Shown here one piece after another: positions 49,103 to 59,901 of a stretch of 64,000 bases of DNA. The notes beneath the pieces were generated by a model, which worked only from the letters and a program-made list of their open reading frames with translations, searched no databases and had not been told where the DNA came from. The position numbers and the translations under genes are program-made. The stretch comes from an uncultured Poribacteria bacterium (lineage in GTDB: Bacteria > Poribacteria > WGA-4E > WGA-3G). The stretch spans positions 704,001-768,000 of the forward strand of contig OX638351.1 in the NCBI GenBank assembly GCA_951813565.1, written 5' to 3'. The first letter of the stretch is position 1; each line of letters begins with the position of its first letter.

Positions 49103-49346
49103 AACAGTATGATACCTCTATAAGCAGAATAACAGCGAATTAGGGAGGCGTATTTAATCTCGACAAATTTGGCTTCGCTGTTTGTATAATTATATTATAC
49201 ACGGGAGTAGCAAATGAGTTCAACCTATTTTGAATCATATAGGTTTAATTTATGAAGAGAACCTCGCGTTTCTCTACTGTAGGGCGAGGTCTCTGTGCCT
49301 CGCCATGTTCAACATGTCAAAGCAATGGGTCGGACCAGAGAACACC

Positions 49347-49519
49347 CATAACTGTCAATTTAGCGGTTCGCCACCTTAGTAGGCGCGTTTTGATGAAGAT
49401 TAATTTTTTAATTCGGTATTATTTTCTTAAACTTCATCAAAACGCGCCTATCTTTGGGTAATAAATCGGGCTTAGAAAGCCCTCCCACAAGAAAATCAGG
49501 CACTAAATTGATGGCAATG
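49347..49519. mobile_element. IS4-like MITE with a 19-bp TSD inside a REP arm
   Basis: CATAACTGTCAATTTAG / CTAAATTGATGGCAATG; flanks GGT(C/G)GGACCAGAGAACACC. Confidence 0.7.
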
Positions 49520-49587
49520 GGTGGGACCAGAGAACACCCTATGATAAAGGTTGACCTATCTGAAAGGAAACTCAGACTCACAAGAGT

Positions 49588-50571
49588 TTAGTCAGGTAAA
49601 CGAATTCGCTGCCCGGTATGTGCAGATTCATGCAATGCATCAATGACGCGCATATTTCCGAGCGCGTCTGCAATGGGCAAGCGGAGCGGTGTGCCGTTTT
49701 GGACTGCTTCACACAGATTTAAAATCTCAGCAGCATAAGGATTCACACCGTTAACGCTGAAAGTTTCTCCATTGACGGTAAAGTGTGATTCTCCTTCACC
49801 GTTTCCCCAAGCCTTCTGGACAAAGAGAGTTCCTTTTGTGCCAGCAACTTCATAACATTCACGCCATGTCCAACCAAAACTGCAGTCAAATTGTCCGGTG
49901 ATACCATCGCCAAAGTCTAATGTTCCGATGAGGGTTTCCCAGACGTTGTTAATCGGTTCATACTTGCCTGTAGCCCACACAGACTGCGGTTCTTGTCCCA
50001 TGACATAGCGAATAATGTTGATACAGTAGCACCCTAAATCCATCACAGCACCGCCACCGAGGTCACCTCTTAACCGCCAATTTGTTCTATCGGTGAGTCC
50101 AGTTGAAAAAGTGGAGCGTGCATAGCGGACCTCCCCGATTGCGCCCTCCTCAACCTTTTCCTGGACCGCCAACGTTAACGGATGATGCCGATACATAAAC
50201 GCTTCCATCAAGATGATGTTGGCACGTTCTGTAACTTGAATCATCTGCTCAAGTTGCGATGTATTGACAGCAATCGGCTTTTCAACGAGGATTCCCTTGA
50301 CACCACAGCGTACTGCTTCCAAGACATTTTTAAGATGGCTTGAAGGCCAAGTGGCAACAACGAGAATATCAGGGTTCTGTTTCTCCAGCATCTGCCGAAG
50401 GTCGTTGTAAGTATTCTCAACGTTATATTCTGTGGCAAAACGCGAGAGCGACTCAAATTTCTCATCGCATGCACCGACAATCTCAATCTCTGACACATTT
50501 CGCCAGGCGTTTCCGTGCGCGTGTGAAATTCCACCGCACCCAACGATTGCCACGCGATATTTTTTCGCCAT
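49588..50571 (-). CDS. Gfo/Idh/MocA oxidoreductase
   Basis: AIVGCGGI, VEKP, EAFMYRHHP, GGGAVMDLGCY. Confidence 0.9.
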   Translation of the reverse strand: MAKKYRVAIVGCGGISHAHGNAWRNVSEIEIVGACDEKFESLSRFATEYNVENTYNDLRQMLEKQNPDILVVATWPSSHLKNVLEAVRCGVKGILVEKPIAVNTSQLEQMIQVTERANIILMEAFMYRHHPLTLAVQEKVEEGAIGEVRYARSTFSTGLTDRTNWRLRGDLGGGAVMDLGCYCINIIRYVMGQEPQSVWATGKYEPINNVWETLIGTLDFGDGITGQFDCSFGWTWRECYEVAGTKGTLFVQKAWGNGEGESHFTVNGETFSVNGVNPYAAEILNLCEAVQNGTPLRLPIADALGNMRVIDALHESAHTGQRIRLPD

Positions 50572-50580
50572 TATTTTACC

Positions 50581-51552
50581 CTATAACGAAGAAATCTGGA
50601 CAAGTCTATTCTCCTGTGCGGAGATATTTGCTGCGAGTGATATTTCAAGCGTCTTGACTGCATCGGTATAAGGACTCAATATCTGAGATGCATCACCGCT
50701 ACGGACTGCATTCACAAAAACTTCGTCAATGGTGGGACCAGGTTCCGTCTTATCTACCCATTCACCATCTTCTTGCACAGAGACTCTCGCTGGATTCCAA
50801 TTCAACAATTCACCGTCATATAGGATATCTAAAACATTGGCATTGTTCCAACCGCCTGCATAAGCCCATGCTGCTGTCATTGAACCTACAACGCCATCAG
50901 TAAATTGGAGCGTTACACTATTGCTATCGGGACAATCAATCTCTTTCAGGAAGCGATTTGCCTGCATTGCATAGACTGATTCCACCTCACCGATGAGATT
51001 ACGCATCATGTCAATTGTGTGTGTCGCCTGTTCAACTAATTGTCCACCAGATTTGTTCATTTGTCGCAACCAACCTTCAGGATTACCACGTCCGCTGCCG
51101 CACCAATACTTGCCGACAACCATGTTAATTGTCTTGCCTGCAAGGATTTCCTGCGTTATTCGTGTTGAGCCAAGATAACGGAGTTGATAGCCGACACAGG
51201 TTATTAGTCCTGCTTTGGTTACCGCAGCTTCAACTTCACGCGCGATGTCCATGTTGATCGCTACCGGCTTCTCAACGAAGAATGGTAAGCCCCGTTCAAT
51301 CACGTCTAATTCAGGTTGACCGTGTGCAAAAACAGGGAGACTCAGATAGATAGCGTCAAGGTCATCTCGTTCCAACATTACGCGGTGTTCTGTATACGGA
51401 TCCGCGTTGTGTTTTTCCGCTGCATTTTGTGCTTTTTGTGGCACAATATCACATATTGCAACGACGTTTGCGCCTTCCATTTCAGATAACCGATTCATGT
51501 GACCATTCGCATTGCCACCCGATCCAATAAACCCAATTTTAATTTCTTTCAT
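50581..51552 (-). CDS. Gfo/Idh/MocA oxidoreductase
   Basis: GFIGSGG, VEKP, SGGQLVEQATH. Confidence 0.9.
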   Translation of the reverse strand: MKEIKIGFIGSGGNANGHMNRLSEMEGANVVAICDIVPQKAQNAAEKHNADPYTEHRVMLERDDLDAIYLSLPVFAHGQPELDVIERGLPFFVEKPVAINMDIAREVEAAVTKAGLITCVGYQLRYLGSTRITQEILAGKTINMVVGKYWCGSGRGNPEGWLRQMNKSGGQLVEQATHTIDMMRNLIGEVESVYAMQANRFLKEIDCPDSNSVTLQFTDGVVGSMTAAWAYAGGWNNANVLDILYDGELLNWNPARVSVQEDGEWVDKTEPGPTIDEVFVNAVRSGDASQILSPYTDAVKTLEISLAANISAQENRLVQISSL

Positions 51553-51643
51553 ATTTTACCTTTCTGTTCGCAAATTCAAAGCTGCAGATTTTCTTATGTT
51601 TTGGATACTGCAGCTTGTTGTTATGCGCCGCATCTAACGACGT

Positions 51644-52858
51644 CTAACGCGCTTTAAAATTAACCTGTAATGCTTTTTCTATATCTTCACGGGGATGAAC
51701 CCCAAATTGTTTTTCGAAATTCTCATCAAATGCAGCTTCTTCTTCCGGATCAGGTTGAAGGGGTAATTGAATAGGTTGCCGATTTGACTGCACAGAACGA
51801 CGTGCGGCGATAACCATCTCCTGATCAGCTCTACCCATCTCTCCTGTCCAAAGCGGTTGTGTATTATCTCTAACTGCACGTCCGATACCATCAAGCATTG
51901 TGGCAAGTGAAATGCCGCCCTCGGAGATTTGGGTATGCCGATAGGGATTAAGCCATTCAACCGTACCACCAAGAGATTCGGGAAGTTCAACAAAGATACG
52001 CTGCAGCACCTTATCCTCACCGTATTCCCTCTGAAATTCATAAGTTTGTGCTCTTCCTGCATTTTGGCTAATATCTTCATCTGTGCAAACGTTGACAGTT
52101 TCACCGCCAGAAGCACCTTGGTTGCCGTTTGTGATAATTGTGCCGCGCTCACCACACGTCTCAAAACCGACAAGTTTGTTCCGTCCGAGACATCCATTCT
52201 TGTTGCCTACCATTGCGATGCCGAGTCCACCATTGTCAAAATCAACAGCGTAAAATTCTAAGCCTTCCTGATTGAAATCTCGTTTTGCTCTGTCAACATA
52301 AGGCACAACAGGCATAGAATGTCCGATGCTACTTACCGTTATTGGTGCAGCGTTCATTCTACACCGTATTGCTGCAAGACCGTGATAACCTGTTGTGGAA
52401 AACAACCGATAACATTTATGCACCTTGCCAATTACGTCTTCCTGAATAAGTTTGCAGACAAACTGTTCCACAGGAACAAATGGAAAGTTCTCTGATGTTT
52501 GGAGTTGGACCCCATTTTCAGCAGCATCCGCTATCATCATATCCATCAAACCGAGAGTCGGGGCAAGTGGGGTTTCCACATTCTGTGATATACCGCAACG
52601 GGACAGGTAACAGGAAACGATATGATGTAGCGGTGCAGGCACAACGACATCGCAGACATCGGGCGACATCTCGTCAACAAGTTTTCGGACATCGGTATAT
52701 GCCTTTACACCGACTCTTGCTGCGCCCGCCTCCGCTGATTCTTGATGTGCATCGCACACCGCAACGATTTCAAAGGTATCCTTTAGTGCGGCAGCGGTTG
52801 ACAGATGTGCTGAACCGCGCCGTCCATGACCGATTAATGCGTATTTTAAACGTGACAT
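51644..52858 (-). CDS. Gfo/Idh/MocA-like oxidoreductase
   Basis: ALIGHGRRG, VAVCD, VETP. Confidence 0.8.
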   Translation of the reverse strand: MSRLKYALIGHGRRGSAHLSTAAALKDTFEIVAVCDAHQESAEAGAARVGVKAYTDVRKLVDEMSPDVCDVVVPAPLHHIVSCYLSRCGISQNVETPLAPTLGLMDMMIADAAENGVQLQTSENFPFVPVEQFVCKLIQEDVIGKVHKCYRLFSTTGYHGLAAIRCRMNAAPITVSSIGHSMPVVPYVDRAKRDFNQEGLEFYAVDFDNGGLGIAMVGNKNGCLGRNKLVGFETCGERGTIITNGNQGASGGETVNVCTDEDISQNAGRAQTYEFQREYGEDKVLQRIFVELPESLGGTVEWLNPYRHTQISEGGISLATMLDGIGRAVRDNTQPLWTGEMGRADQEMVIAARRSVQSNRQPIQLPLQPDPEEEAAFDENFEKQFGVHPREDIEKALQVNFKAR

Positions 52859-52895
52859 TTTCTTTCAACTTCCTAAGAATTGGAAATCGCTCCTA

Positions 52896-55355
52896 CTACT
52901 TGAGGATTAGCATTTTGCGCGTGGCAGTAAAGTCACCGGCGGTGAGGGTGTAAAAATACACACCGCTCGCAGCAGGTTCACCGAGTGCGTTTCTGCCATC
53001 CCAATGCGCAGCACGGCTGCGAGTTTGATACAGGCCTGCACGCTGATGTCCTAAATCTAAGGAACGTACAACATGTCCCTTGATGTCGTATATCGTCAGT
53101 GTGACATCGGCAGGTTTGGACAGCTGATACGGAATCCACGTCTCTGGGTTGAACGGGTTCGGGTAGTTCGCAAGCAGTGCGGTTTCTTCTGGTGTGAACA
53201 GTGCCAAGAGTCGCTCTACAACAGCAATACCCCGCTGGTAAGTGCGGGAGGTGTTTCCCGATGCGCGCGCCTCAGTGAGATATCTTTGGAGTTGTGCTTT
53301 CGTGAAATGTGATTGCACCTGCGCGCGGGCAGCGGGTGCAGCTGCCGCACTGTCCACCGCGGCAGCAACCAAGATGAAATCGTCCACGTTGACAATTTCA
53401 TCTCCGTTGACATCCGCAGCATTGCTCCCGGTACGTCCATACCGCTGTGCGACTACAATCAGATCATTAACATCCACAATCCCATCACGGTTCACGTCCT
53501 CCTTGACGATTGTGGGATTAACTGGAGAAAAAATGCCGATGGCTATACCTAATGGAATTTCCAATCCTTGTGTGACGAGGTCTTCGACGTTTGAACCATC
53601 AAGGTTTGCGCGCTGGATTTTATCCGTGCCAGTATCTGTCCAATACATCTTGCCACCCGCCACATCTAACGCTATGCCCCTTGGACTGCGTAATCCCTGT
53701 GTAACGAGGTCTTGAATGTCTGATCCATCCAGGTTTGCCCGTTGGATTTTATCCGTGCCATAGTCTGTCCAATACATCTTGCCACCTTCCACGTTTAACG
53801 CTATTCCGCTTGGAAACTCTAATCCTTGTGTGACGAGGTCTTGAACGTCTGATCCATCCAGGTTTGCCCGTTGGATTTTATCCGTGTCAGCATCTGTCCA
53901 ATACATCTTGCCACCCGCCACATCTAACGCTATTCCGCTTGGACTGCGTAATCCCTGTGTAACGAGGTCTTGAACGTCTGATCCATCCAGGTTTGCCCGT
54001 TGGATTTTATCCGTGTCAGCATCTGTCCAATACATCTTGCCACCCGCTACATCTAACGCTATGCCCCTTGGAAACTCTAATCCTTGTGTGACGAGGTCTT
54101 GAACGTCTGATCCATCCAGGTTTGCCCGTTGGATTTTATTCGTGTCAGTATCTGTCCAATACATCTTACCATCTTCTACATCTAACGCTATGCCCCTTGG
54201 AAACTCTAATCCTTGTGTGACGAGGTCTTCGATGTTTGAGCCGTCCAAGTTCGCCCGTTGGATTTTATCCGTGCCAGTATCTATCCAGAAAATCGTCAAC
54301 AGAGCTTCTCCCCTGTTTGCAGTGACGTGTATTTCTGTAGTTAGCGCGGTGCCTTTATAGTTTGTGATCGCGCCAGATGCCACACTGAAGGTCAATGCAC
54401 TATCCCTGACAAAGTCGGTGCCATCAAAATCAAGTTCAACCGTTATTTCAGTATCGCTGAGGCGTTGCACGGAAGCGGTGTCTACTGCTACGCCATTGAT
54501 ACCGGATACCATCACGGCATTTCTGATCGTGGAGATGTCCTGCTCAAAAGCTGCACCAGTAAGGACCAGTGAGACAATGCTCTCATCCAGCGTCGCTTCT
54601 GTCAAGGGAGAAACCACTGAAGCAGAAACAACTTCTTTAATAGCGGTGACAGTTATTTCTGCAATGAGTTCTTCTCCTATGTAGTTTGCTATTGCCTCTG
54701 CTGCCACGTTGAAACTGAGTGCAGTATCAGTGTCAAAGTCGGTCCTATCAAAATCAAGATCAATTGTTATTTCAGTATCGCTGAGGCGTTGCACTTTTGC
54801 GGTGTCTATCGTTACACCATTGATACCGGAGACCATCACAGCATCTCTAATCGTGGCAACGTCCGCCTCGTAAGTATCATAACTGAGTGTCAATGTGACC
54901 ACACCTTCATCCAAAGTCGCCTCTGTTAATGGAGACACAGCTGAGGCTGAAAGCCTTGTGTAACTTGTCGTTCCTTCGTGAATAGCGCCTGAATCTATGC
55001 GCACCTCGTACGTAGTCCCGGGAACAAGACTTTCAATTGTATAACTTCTTGTAGCAGTCTCAACTTCGTTGGGTATCCGATAAAATCTCCAAATCACTGT
55101 ATAACTCTTATTGGCTGATTTCCACTCCCCTGGGGATGTTTTTTGCCTCCATTCAAAGAGAAATGTTTTAGTCTCAATACCCGAATGATTCTCCAAATAA
55201 CTGAAATTAAATGTTACTTTTAGCGAAGTGTCGTTATCACCAGGCTCAACTGAGACGATATCAGCGTAACTTGCAGTTTGTGCATTACATATCAATACTA
55301 TCACCATGAGAACTAACAAAGTAATTTTTCGATTCATAACTAACATTTTCATCAT
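52896..55355 (-). CDS. Secreted multidomain protein: FN3-like, two ~100-aa repeats, six-blade YWTD (LDL-receptor class B) propeller, dockerin-like, FlgD/T9SS-like C-terminal domain
   Basis: LVPGTTYEV; MYWTD x5 plus IFWID; DVNRDGIVDVNDL; NYPNPFNPETWIPYQL...RKMLILK. Confidence 0.88.
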   Translation of the reverse strand: MMKMLVMNRKITLLVLMVIVLICNAQTASYADIVSVEPGDNDTSLKVTFNFSYLENHSGIETKTFLFEWRQKTSPGEWKSANKSYTVIWRFYRIPNEVETATRSYTIESLVPGTTYEVRIDSGAIHEGTTSYTRLSASAVSPLTEATLDEGVVTLTLSYDTYEADVATIRDAVMVSGINGVTIDTAKVQRLSDTEITIDLDFDRTDFDTDTALSFNVAAEAIANYIGEELIAEITVTAIKEVVSASVVSPLTEATLDESIVSLVLTGAAFEQDISTIRNAVMVSGINGVAVDTASVQRLSDTEITVELDFDGTDFVRDSALTFSVASGAITNYKGTALTTEIHVTANRGEALLTIFWIDTGTDKIQRANLDGSNIEDLVTQGLEFPRGIALDVEDGKMYWTDTDTNKIQRANLDGSDVQDLVTQGLEFPRGIALDVAGGKMYWTDADTDKIQRANLDGSDVQDLVTQGLRSPSGIALDVAGGKMYWTDADTDKIQRANLDGSDVQDLVTQGLEFPSGIALNVEGGKMYWTDYGTDKIQRANLDGSDIQDLVTQGLRSPRGIALDVAGGKMYWTDTGTDKIQRANLDGSNVEDLVTQGLEIPLGIAIGIFSPVNPTIVKEDVNRDGIVDVNDLIVVAQRYGRTGSNAADVNGDEIVNVDDFILVAAAVDSAAAAPAARAQVQSHFTKAQLQRYLTEARASGNTSRTYQRGIAVVERLLALFTPEETALLANYPNPFNPETWIPYQLSKPADVTLTIYDIKGHVVRSLDLGHQRAGLYQTRSRAAHWDGRNALGEPAASGVYFYTLTAGDFTATRKMLILK
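53560..54290 (-). repeat. Six near-identical 120-bp tandem coding repeats (YWTD blades)
   Basis: Repeated ggtttgcccgttggattttatccgtgtcagcatctgtccaatacatcttgcc at 120-bp spacing. Confidence 0.9.
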
Positions 55356-55430
55356 AAACTCCTTTGTAAACATTCTTTGAAGATCAGGCGCACAAAGTCA
55401 TCTCCATTTATGAAATAGATTGTAGTTGAA

Positions 55431-56378
55431 TTAGTTAACACATTGATACCCAACTGCCTCAAGTTCACTCCGAATTTTGTCTATTTCAGCAGTAGACAAC
55501 TGACGCAGTGGTCTGCGCATCGTCATGGATGGAAATCTACCCATCAACCATCTGGCACACTTCATGCGTTGGTGTGCATCACTACTCGGTTCACCGAAGT
55601 TGTAAACAATCCGAGCTAAGGTATCTACCTGATTACGTGCTTTGCGTGCGCCTATCAAATCATTATTGAGCGCGGCGTGTACGACAGCGACCATCAATTC
55701 GGGAACAAATCCAGCAAATCCAATGAGTGCGCCATCGCTACCTTCCAAGAGGGAGGCAAGTAAATATTCATCATGGCATGTTAAAATAGGGACATGTGGC
55801 GCTGCTTCTCTCAATTGTTCGTAATCCCACCGCCAACGCGCCATGTCGCGGGTGCCCATTTTAATACAAACAACTTGTGGGATTTTCACCATCTCCAACA
55901 TCTCTTCAAGGCTATATCCTGCCTTTGTCCACGCGGGGTACTGATGCACAATAATAGGTATGTCCGCACCTTCAGCGACATCTTGGAAATAGCCGACTGC
56001 GGTTTCAGGTGTTCTGCCGAAACGCAACCAGTGATGTGCAGGCATCAACAGAATCGCGTCAGCCCCTGCTTCCTTCGCTGCGAGCGCATCGTCAATTGCG
56101 GGCAAACTTCCTTCAGCACTAACGCCTGAAACGACTTTAACCTTGTCGCCAACGGCATCTGCAGTGATTTGGGTTACGCGCTGCCGTTCATGTAAACGGA
56201 GCGACATGATTTCACCGGTGTGCCCATTACAGACGACACCTTTTATACCTTCTACGTTGGCGAGTCCCTGCATATATTGACGTAAACCGTCTTCATCAAT
56301 TGATTCATCTGAATGGAAAGGACAGAGCGTTGCCGGAAATACGCCCGCCCACGGATGCTGCTGCCAATTAAGATTCAT
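55431..56378 (-). CDS. DHDPS/NAL-family aldolase
   Basis: GVFPATLCPF, NGHTGE, GADAILLMP, IKMG. Confidence 0.88.
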   Translation of the reverse strand: MNLNWQQHPWAGVFPATLCPFHSDESIDEDGLRQYMQGLANVEGIKGVVCNGHTGEIMSLRLHERQRVTQITADAVGDKVKVVSGVSAEGSLPAIDDALAAKEAGADAILLMPAHHWLRFGRTPETAVGYFQDVAEGADIPIIVHQYPAWTKAGYSLEEMLEMVKIPQVVCIKMGTRDMARWRWDYEQLREAAPHVPILTCHDEYLLASLLEGSDGALIGFAGFVPELMVAVVHAALNNDLIGARKARNQVDTLARIVYNFGEPSSDAHQRMKCARWLMGRFPSMTMRRPLRQLSTAEIDKIRSELEAVGYQCVN

Positions 56379-56700
56379 TATGTTATCAATACCTCTCTTT
56401 ATCACAGATGAGGAAAATATAAGAGGCGCAATAAATTGCGCGACTACAAACACTTTTTTGTTAATGAAAAGCGATCATTCAGAAATGGTATTATATAAGG
56501 ATAAGCACGGAATTCCGTAATAGTTTTCAATTTGACACTATTTTAACTTGATTTTAAATCCAAAGTCAAGTATTATTTTTATAATGGAAAAGGATTTATT
56601 ATATCTATTTTAGGGTAATTCAATAACATCGTTGACGGACGATTATGTTTTTCATTGGTGTGTTTTAGGGAGATTTCGTATTGTTACGGAGGATTTTCAC

Positions 56701-57126
56701 ATGAAACAGAGAAGACTGAAAATTATCGCTGCCAGTGCCATTTTGCTCTGTGGTTTCGCGTTTTTGGTGCTGTCTATGACTAAAAAAGAGAGCATGCCAG
56801 AACTTTCCCCTGCTAAACTTGTCGCTAATGCGGACAAAACGGATAATCAAAATGTCAAGCTTGTTGGAGTCATCTTAGAGGAGAGTTCTACATGGGATGC
56901 TGCCAATACTAAATTGACCTTTGCAATACGCGAACCTGAAGGCAGTGAGACAGTTAACGTAGTTTACGCTAATCTCAAACCGGACAACTTCACTGATGGT
57001 GGCAATGTTTTTGTAGAAGGCATGTATGATGCAGAGGAAAATCTCGTTGTGGCTACTAAGCTAACGACAAAATGTGCTTCTAAATACGAAGGCGCTGAGA
57101 GTGCGACAACGCAGAAGAGTTCCTAA
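56701..57126 (+). CDS. ccmE: Cytochrome c maturation heme chaperone, CxxxY type
   Basis: TM, PDNF..G..V.VEG, TKCASKYE. Confidence 0.88.
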   Translation: MKQRRLKIIAASAILLCGFAFLVLSMTKKESMPELSPAKLVANADKTDNQNVKLVGVILEESSTWDAANTKLTFAIREPEGSETVNVVYANLKPDNFTDGGNVFVEGMYDAEENLVVATKLTTKCASKYEGAESATTQKSS

Positions 57127-57189
57127 CTAAACTCTAACGTTAGGGATTTTTCGATACATTTCGCAACAGTCAGATAATAGAGGATTACT

Positions 57190-59346
57190 ATGTTCATAGA
57201 GGGCCTTGTGGGAAGTATACAACAGGTGACAGCTGAACTTGGGCAAGCTGCTATATGGCTTTCCGTATTCTCTGCGTTATGGACAATTGGTGCACTCCTC
57301 ATTGGACTACGTCAGCGCAATTCCAACGTTGTGCGGAGTGGTCGAAACGCTATAATTGCCACCTTTATCCTCATCAGTATTGCCACTGGCGCGCTAATCT
57401 TCGGCTTTGTGACGAATGATTTCTCAATGAAATATGTCGTTGAGGTTTCCAGTGCAGCGCAACCGATCCTCTATAAAATCACGGCATTCTGGGGGGCAAT
57501 GTCTGGTTCGCTCCTACTCTGGCTTTGGATACTTACCATTGCTGGTGCTATCGTTGTCTGGCAAAACCGGAAAGCAAACGATACCCTTCCGGATTATGCC
57601 CTGATTCCCATCGCCATTGTCCAACTTTTTTTCATTATCCTTGTCACTGGCTTAATTGAAGGGATTTACAATCCACTTGATCGATTTCCTGATGGCGTAG
57701 TAATGCCTGATGGTCGTGGGATGAACCCACTCCTACAGACACCCAGCATGGCGATCCATCCACCAACGTTATATATCGGTTGGATTGGTCTAACAGTGCC
57801 ATTTGCTTTTGCTGTAGCAGCGCTTATGTCCGGTAGAATAGGAAGCGATTGGATACTCCGTTCTCGAAGATGGATGTTGTTCTCATGGATTATTTTAACT
57901 ATTGGCATTACCCTTGGTGGTAATTGGGCGTATCAGGAACTTGGTTGGGGCGGATACTGGGCATGGGACCCAGTTGAAAACGCTTCCTTTATGCCGTGGC
58001 TACTCGGCACCGCTTATCTGCACTCTGTGATGATTCAAGAAAAGCGGAATATGCTCAAACTGTGGAATATCCTCCTGATTACCTTAGCCTTTCAATTCAC
58101 CTTGTTAGGTACATTTATAACCCGAAGTGGGATTATCACATCGGTGCATTCCTTCGCACAATCCGATATTGGCGGGTATTTTCTGGGTTTTATCCTCGCT
58201 TCAACTGGGGGTGTTATAGCACTTATGGTATACCGCTGGCAACGACTCAAAAGTGCTAACCGTCTTGAATCTCTCCTTTCACGTGAAAGTGCTTTTGTTC
58301 TAAATAATTGGCTCCTTGTTGGATTAACCTTAATTATTCTTTGGGGAACGTTGTGGCCTATTATCTCCGAAGCGATTAAAGGTGAAAAAGCAGCTGTCCC
58401 CGAATCCTTCTTCAACCAAGTTGTTATTATTCCTGGACTCCTACTTCTCTTTTTGACCGGTGCCGGACCCATTATTTCATGGAAAAAGATTACACCCAAC
58501 AATTTTCGCCGCATGTTTTTATCACCAATTTTTGTCGGTTTGGTAGCAGCAGCAGTGGCATGGATATTTCTTGCTTTCAGAGCTACCGCTGCTACTGTCG
58601 CAACTGCAGAAGCAGCTGCTGTAGCGGTTACTGATGTTTCTACACCTAATTTGTTTACGCGGGTATGGGAATTTCTTATTTTTAAAGGGAATTCAATCCC
58701 AATTTTTTCAGTACTCTGTGTTTTTGCCAGCGTATTTGTGATTGTCGCAATCTTTAGCGAATTTTATCGTGGTGCTAAACTCCGAACAAAACGGCAAGAA
58801 ACATCCTTCCTTAACGGTTTGTGGCTTCTTATCCAGCGCAACAAACGCCGGTATGGCGGTTATATCATCCATATCGGTATTGTTATTGTCTACATAGGTA
58901 TTATGGGGTCTAAAGGGTATTTTCTACTTGAGTCGGCAAGTCTTAAACTCGGTGAGTCAATGGAGGTAGGTGTCTATCAACTCACGATGATAGATACGTT
59001 TCAGGAGGAACGCGGAAACCACTTCCGGGCGGGAGTCGTTTTTGAGGTTGAAAAAAATGGTCAACACGTGACAACAATGAGACCTGCGCGCCACTACTAT
59101 TATAAAGCAGGACAAGGAGAAAAAGATACAATTGAATCTGCTATCCATGCAATCGGTATGAACCATCTCTATATCGCCCTCGGTCCGTTGCCCGCAAATA
59201 TTGATCCAGAGACCGATGTCAACGTCCAAGTTTACCACAATCCACTGATTAGGGTGGTCTGGATCGGTGTTGCTGTGATGGTGTTGGGTGGAATTATAGC
59301 GATTGCCCAGAAGTTCGATCCTGAGCCACGTTCCCAGACAGCATAG
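57190..59346 (+). CDS. ccmF: Cytochrome c heme lyase
   Basis: GMNPLLQ, IHPP.LY.G, WGGYWAWDPVENASFMPW, TRSG..SVHSF. Confidence 0.96.
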   Translation: MFIEGLVGSIQQVTAELGQAAIWLSVFSALWTIGALLIGLRQRNSNVVRSGRNAIIATFILISIATGALIFGFVTNDFSMKYVVEVSSAAQPILYKITAFWGAMSGSLLLWLWILTIAGAIVVWQNRKANDTLPDYALIPIAIVQLFFIILVTGLIEGIYNPLDRFPDGVVMPDGRGMNPLLQTPSMAIHPPTLYIGWIGLTVPFAFAVAALMSGRIGSDWILRSRRWMLFSWIILTIGITLGGNWAYQELGWGGYWAWDPVENASFMPWLLGTAYLHSVMIQEKRNMLKLWNILLITLAFQFTLLGTFITRSGIITSVHSFAQSDIGGYFLGFILASTGGVIALMVYRWQRLKSANRLESLLSRESAFVLNNWLLVGLTLIILWGTLWPIISEAIKGEKAAVPESFFNQVVIIPGLLLLFLTGAGPIISWKKITPNNFRRMFLSPIFVGLVAAAVAWIFLAFRATAATVATAEAAAVAVTDVSTPNLFTRVWEFLIFKGNSIPIFSVLCVFASVFVIVAIFSEFYRGAKLRTKRQETSFLNGLWLLIQRNKRRYGGYIIHIGIVIVYIGIMGSKGYFLLESASLKLGESMEVGVYQLTMIDTFQEERGNHFRAGVVFEVEKNGQHVTTMRPARHYYYKAGQGEKDTIESAIHAIGMNHLYIALGPLPANIDPETDVNVQVYHNPLIRVVWIGVAVMVLGGIIAIAQKFDPEPRSQTA

Positions 59347-59892
59347 GTGATTGCAATGAAAATTATGAATACACGTTCTGTTGAAAAAATTTGTGCCGCT
59401 CTGCTATTGGCTGCTGTTTTATTATTCTTCACTAGTTCTCCAATAGCACAAGAAACGGGTGACGCTTTGACCATTGTATCTGATGATGGTAAAATGTTTG
59501 AATCACAATTAGAAGAACTGCTGACAACGGTTTACTGTTACTGTGGATGTGTGAAAGAAACTATCAAAGCATGTGTCTGCGGGACGGCGCAAAACGTTGA
59601 AACCGATTTTCGTAATCGATTATCAGGTGGTGACACAGTTGATGCAATTCGCACCGAGTATCTTGAAAAATGGGGGCCTCAATTTTCCGCACTTATGCCA
59701 GCAAAAGGTGTCAATCTTCTTGCCTATTTGATGCCAGCAGTTATTCTAATTGCTATCGGGGGTGTCATCTTCATTATTCGGCATCAATCAAGCGGAAACA
59801 AGATACCCGCAGCGCAACCCAACCAACAGATTTCTGATGAACTCCAACAAAAGCTTGAATCAGAACTCGAAAAATACAAGGAAGAAAATTAA
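59347..59892 (+). CDS. ccmH: CcmH-like cytochrome c biogenesis protein
   Basis: Position after ccmF; CYCGC..C.C, Y..KWG, P..G.N.LAY..P plus TM. Confidence 0.65.
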   Translation: MIAMKIMNTRSVEKICAALLLAAVLLFFTSSPIAQETGDALTIVSDDGKMFESQLEELLTTVYCYCGCVKETIKACVCGTAQNVETDFRNRLSGGDTVDAIRTEYLEKWGPQFSALMPAKGVNLLAYLMPAVILIAIGGVIFIIRHQSSGNKIPAAQPNQQISDELQQKLESELEKYKEEN

Positions 59893-59901
59893 GGCGTTGT
59901 T

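Noticed and set aside
53560..54290. CRISPR or non-coding tandem array
   Set aside because: These are in-frame 120-bp coding repeats (YWTD blades).
56379..56453. Extended N-terminus of the DHDPS-family ORF
   Set aside because: It runs into a REP/MITE; the RBS-supported ATG is at 56378.
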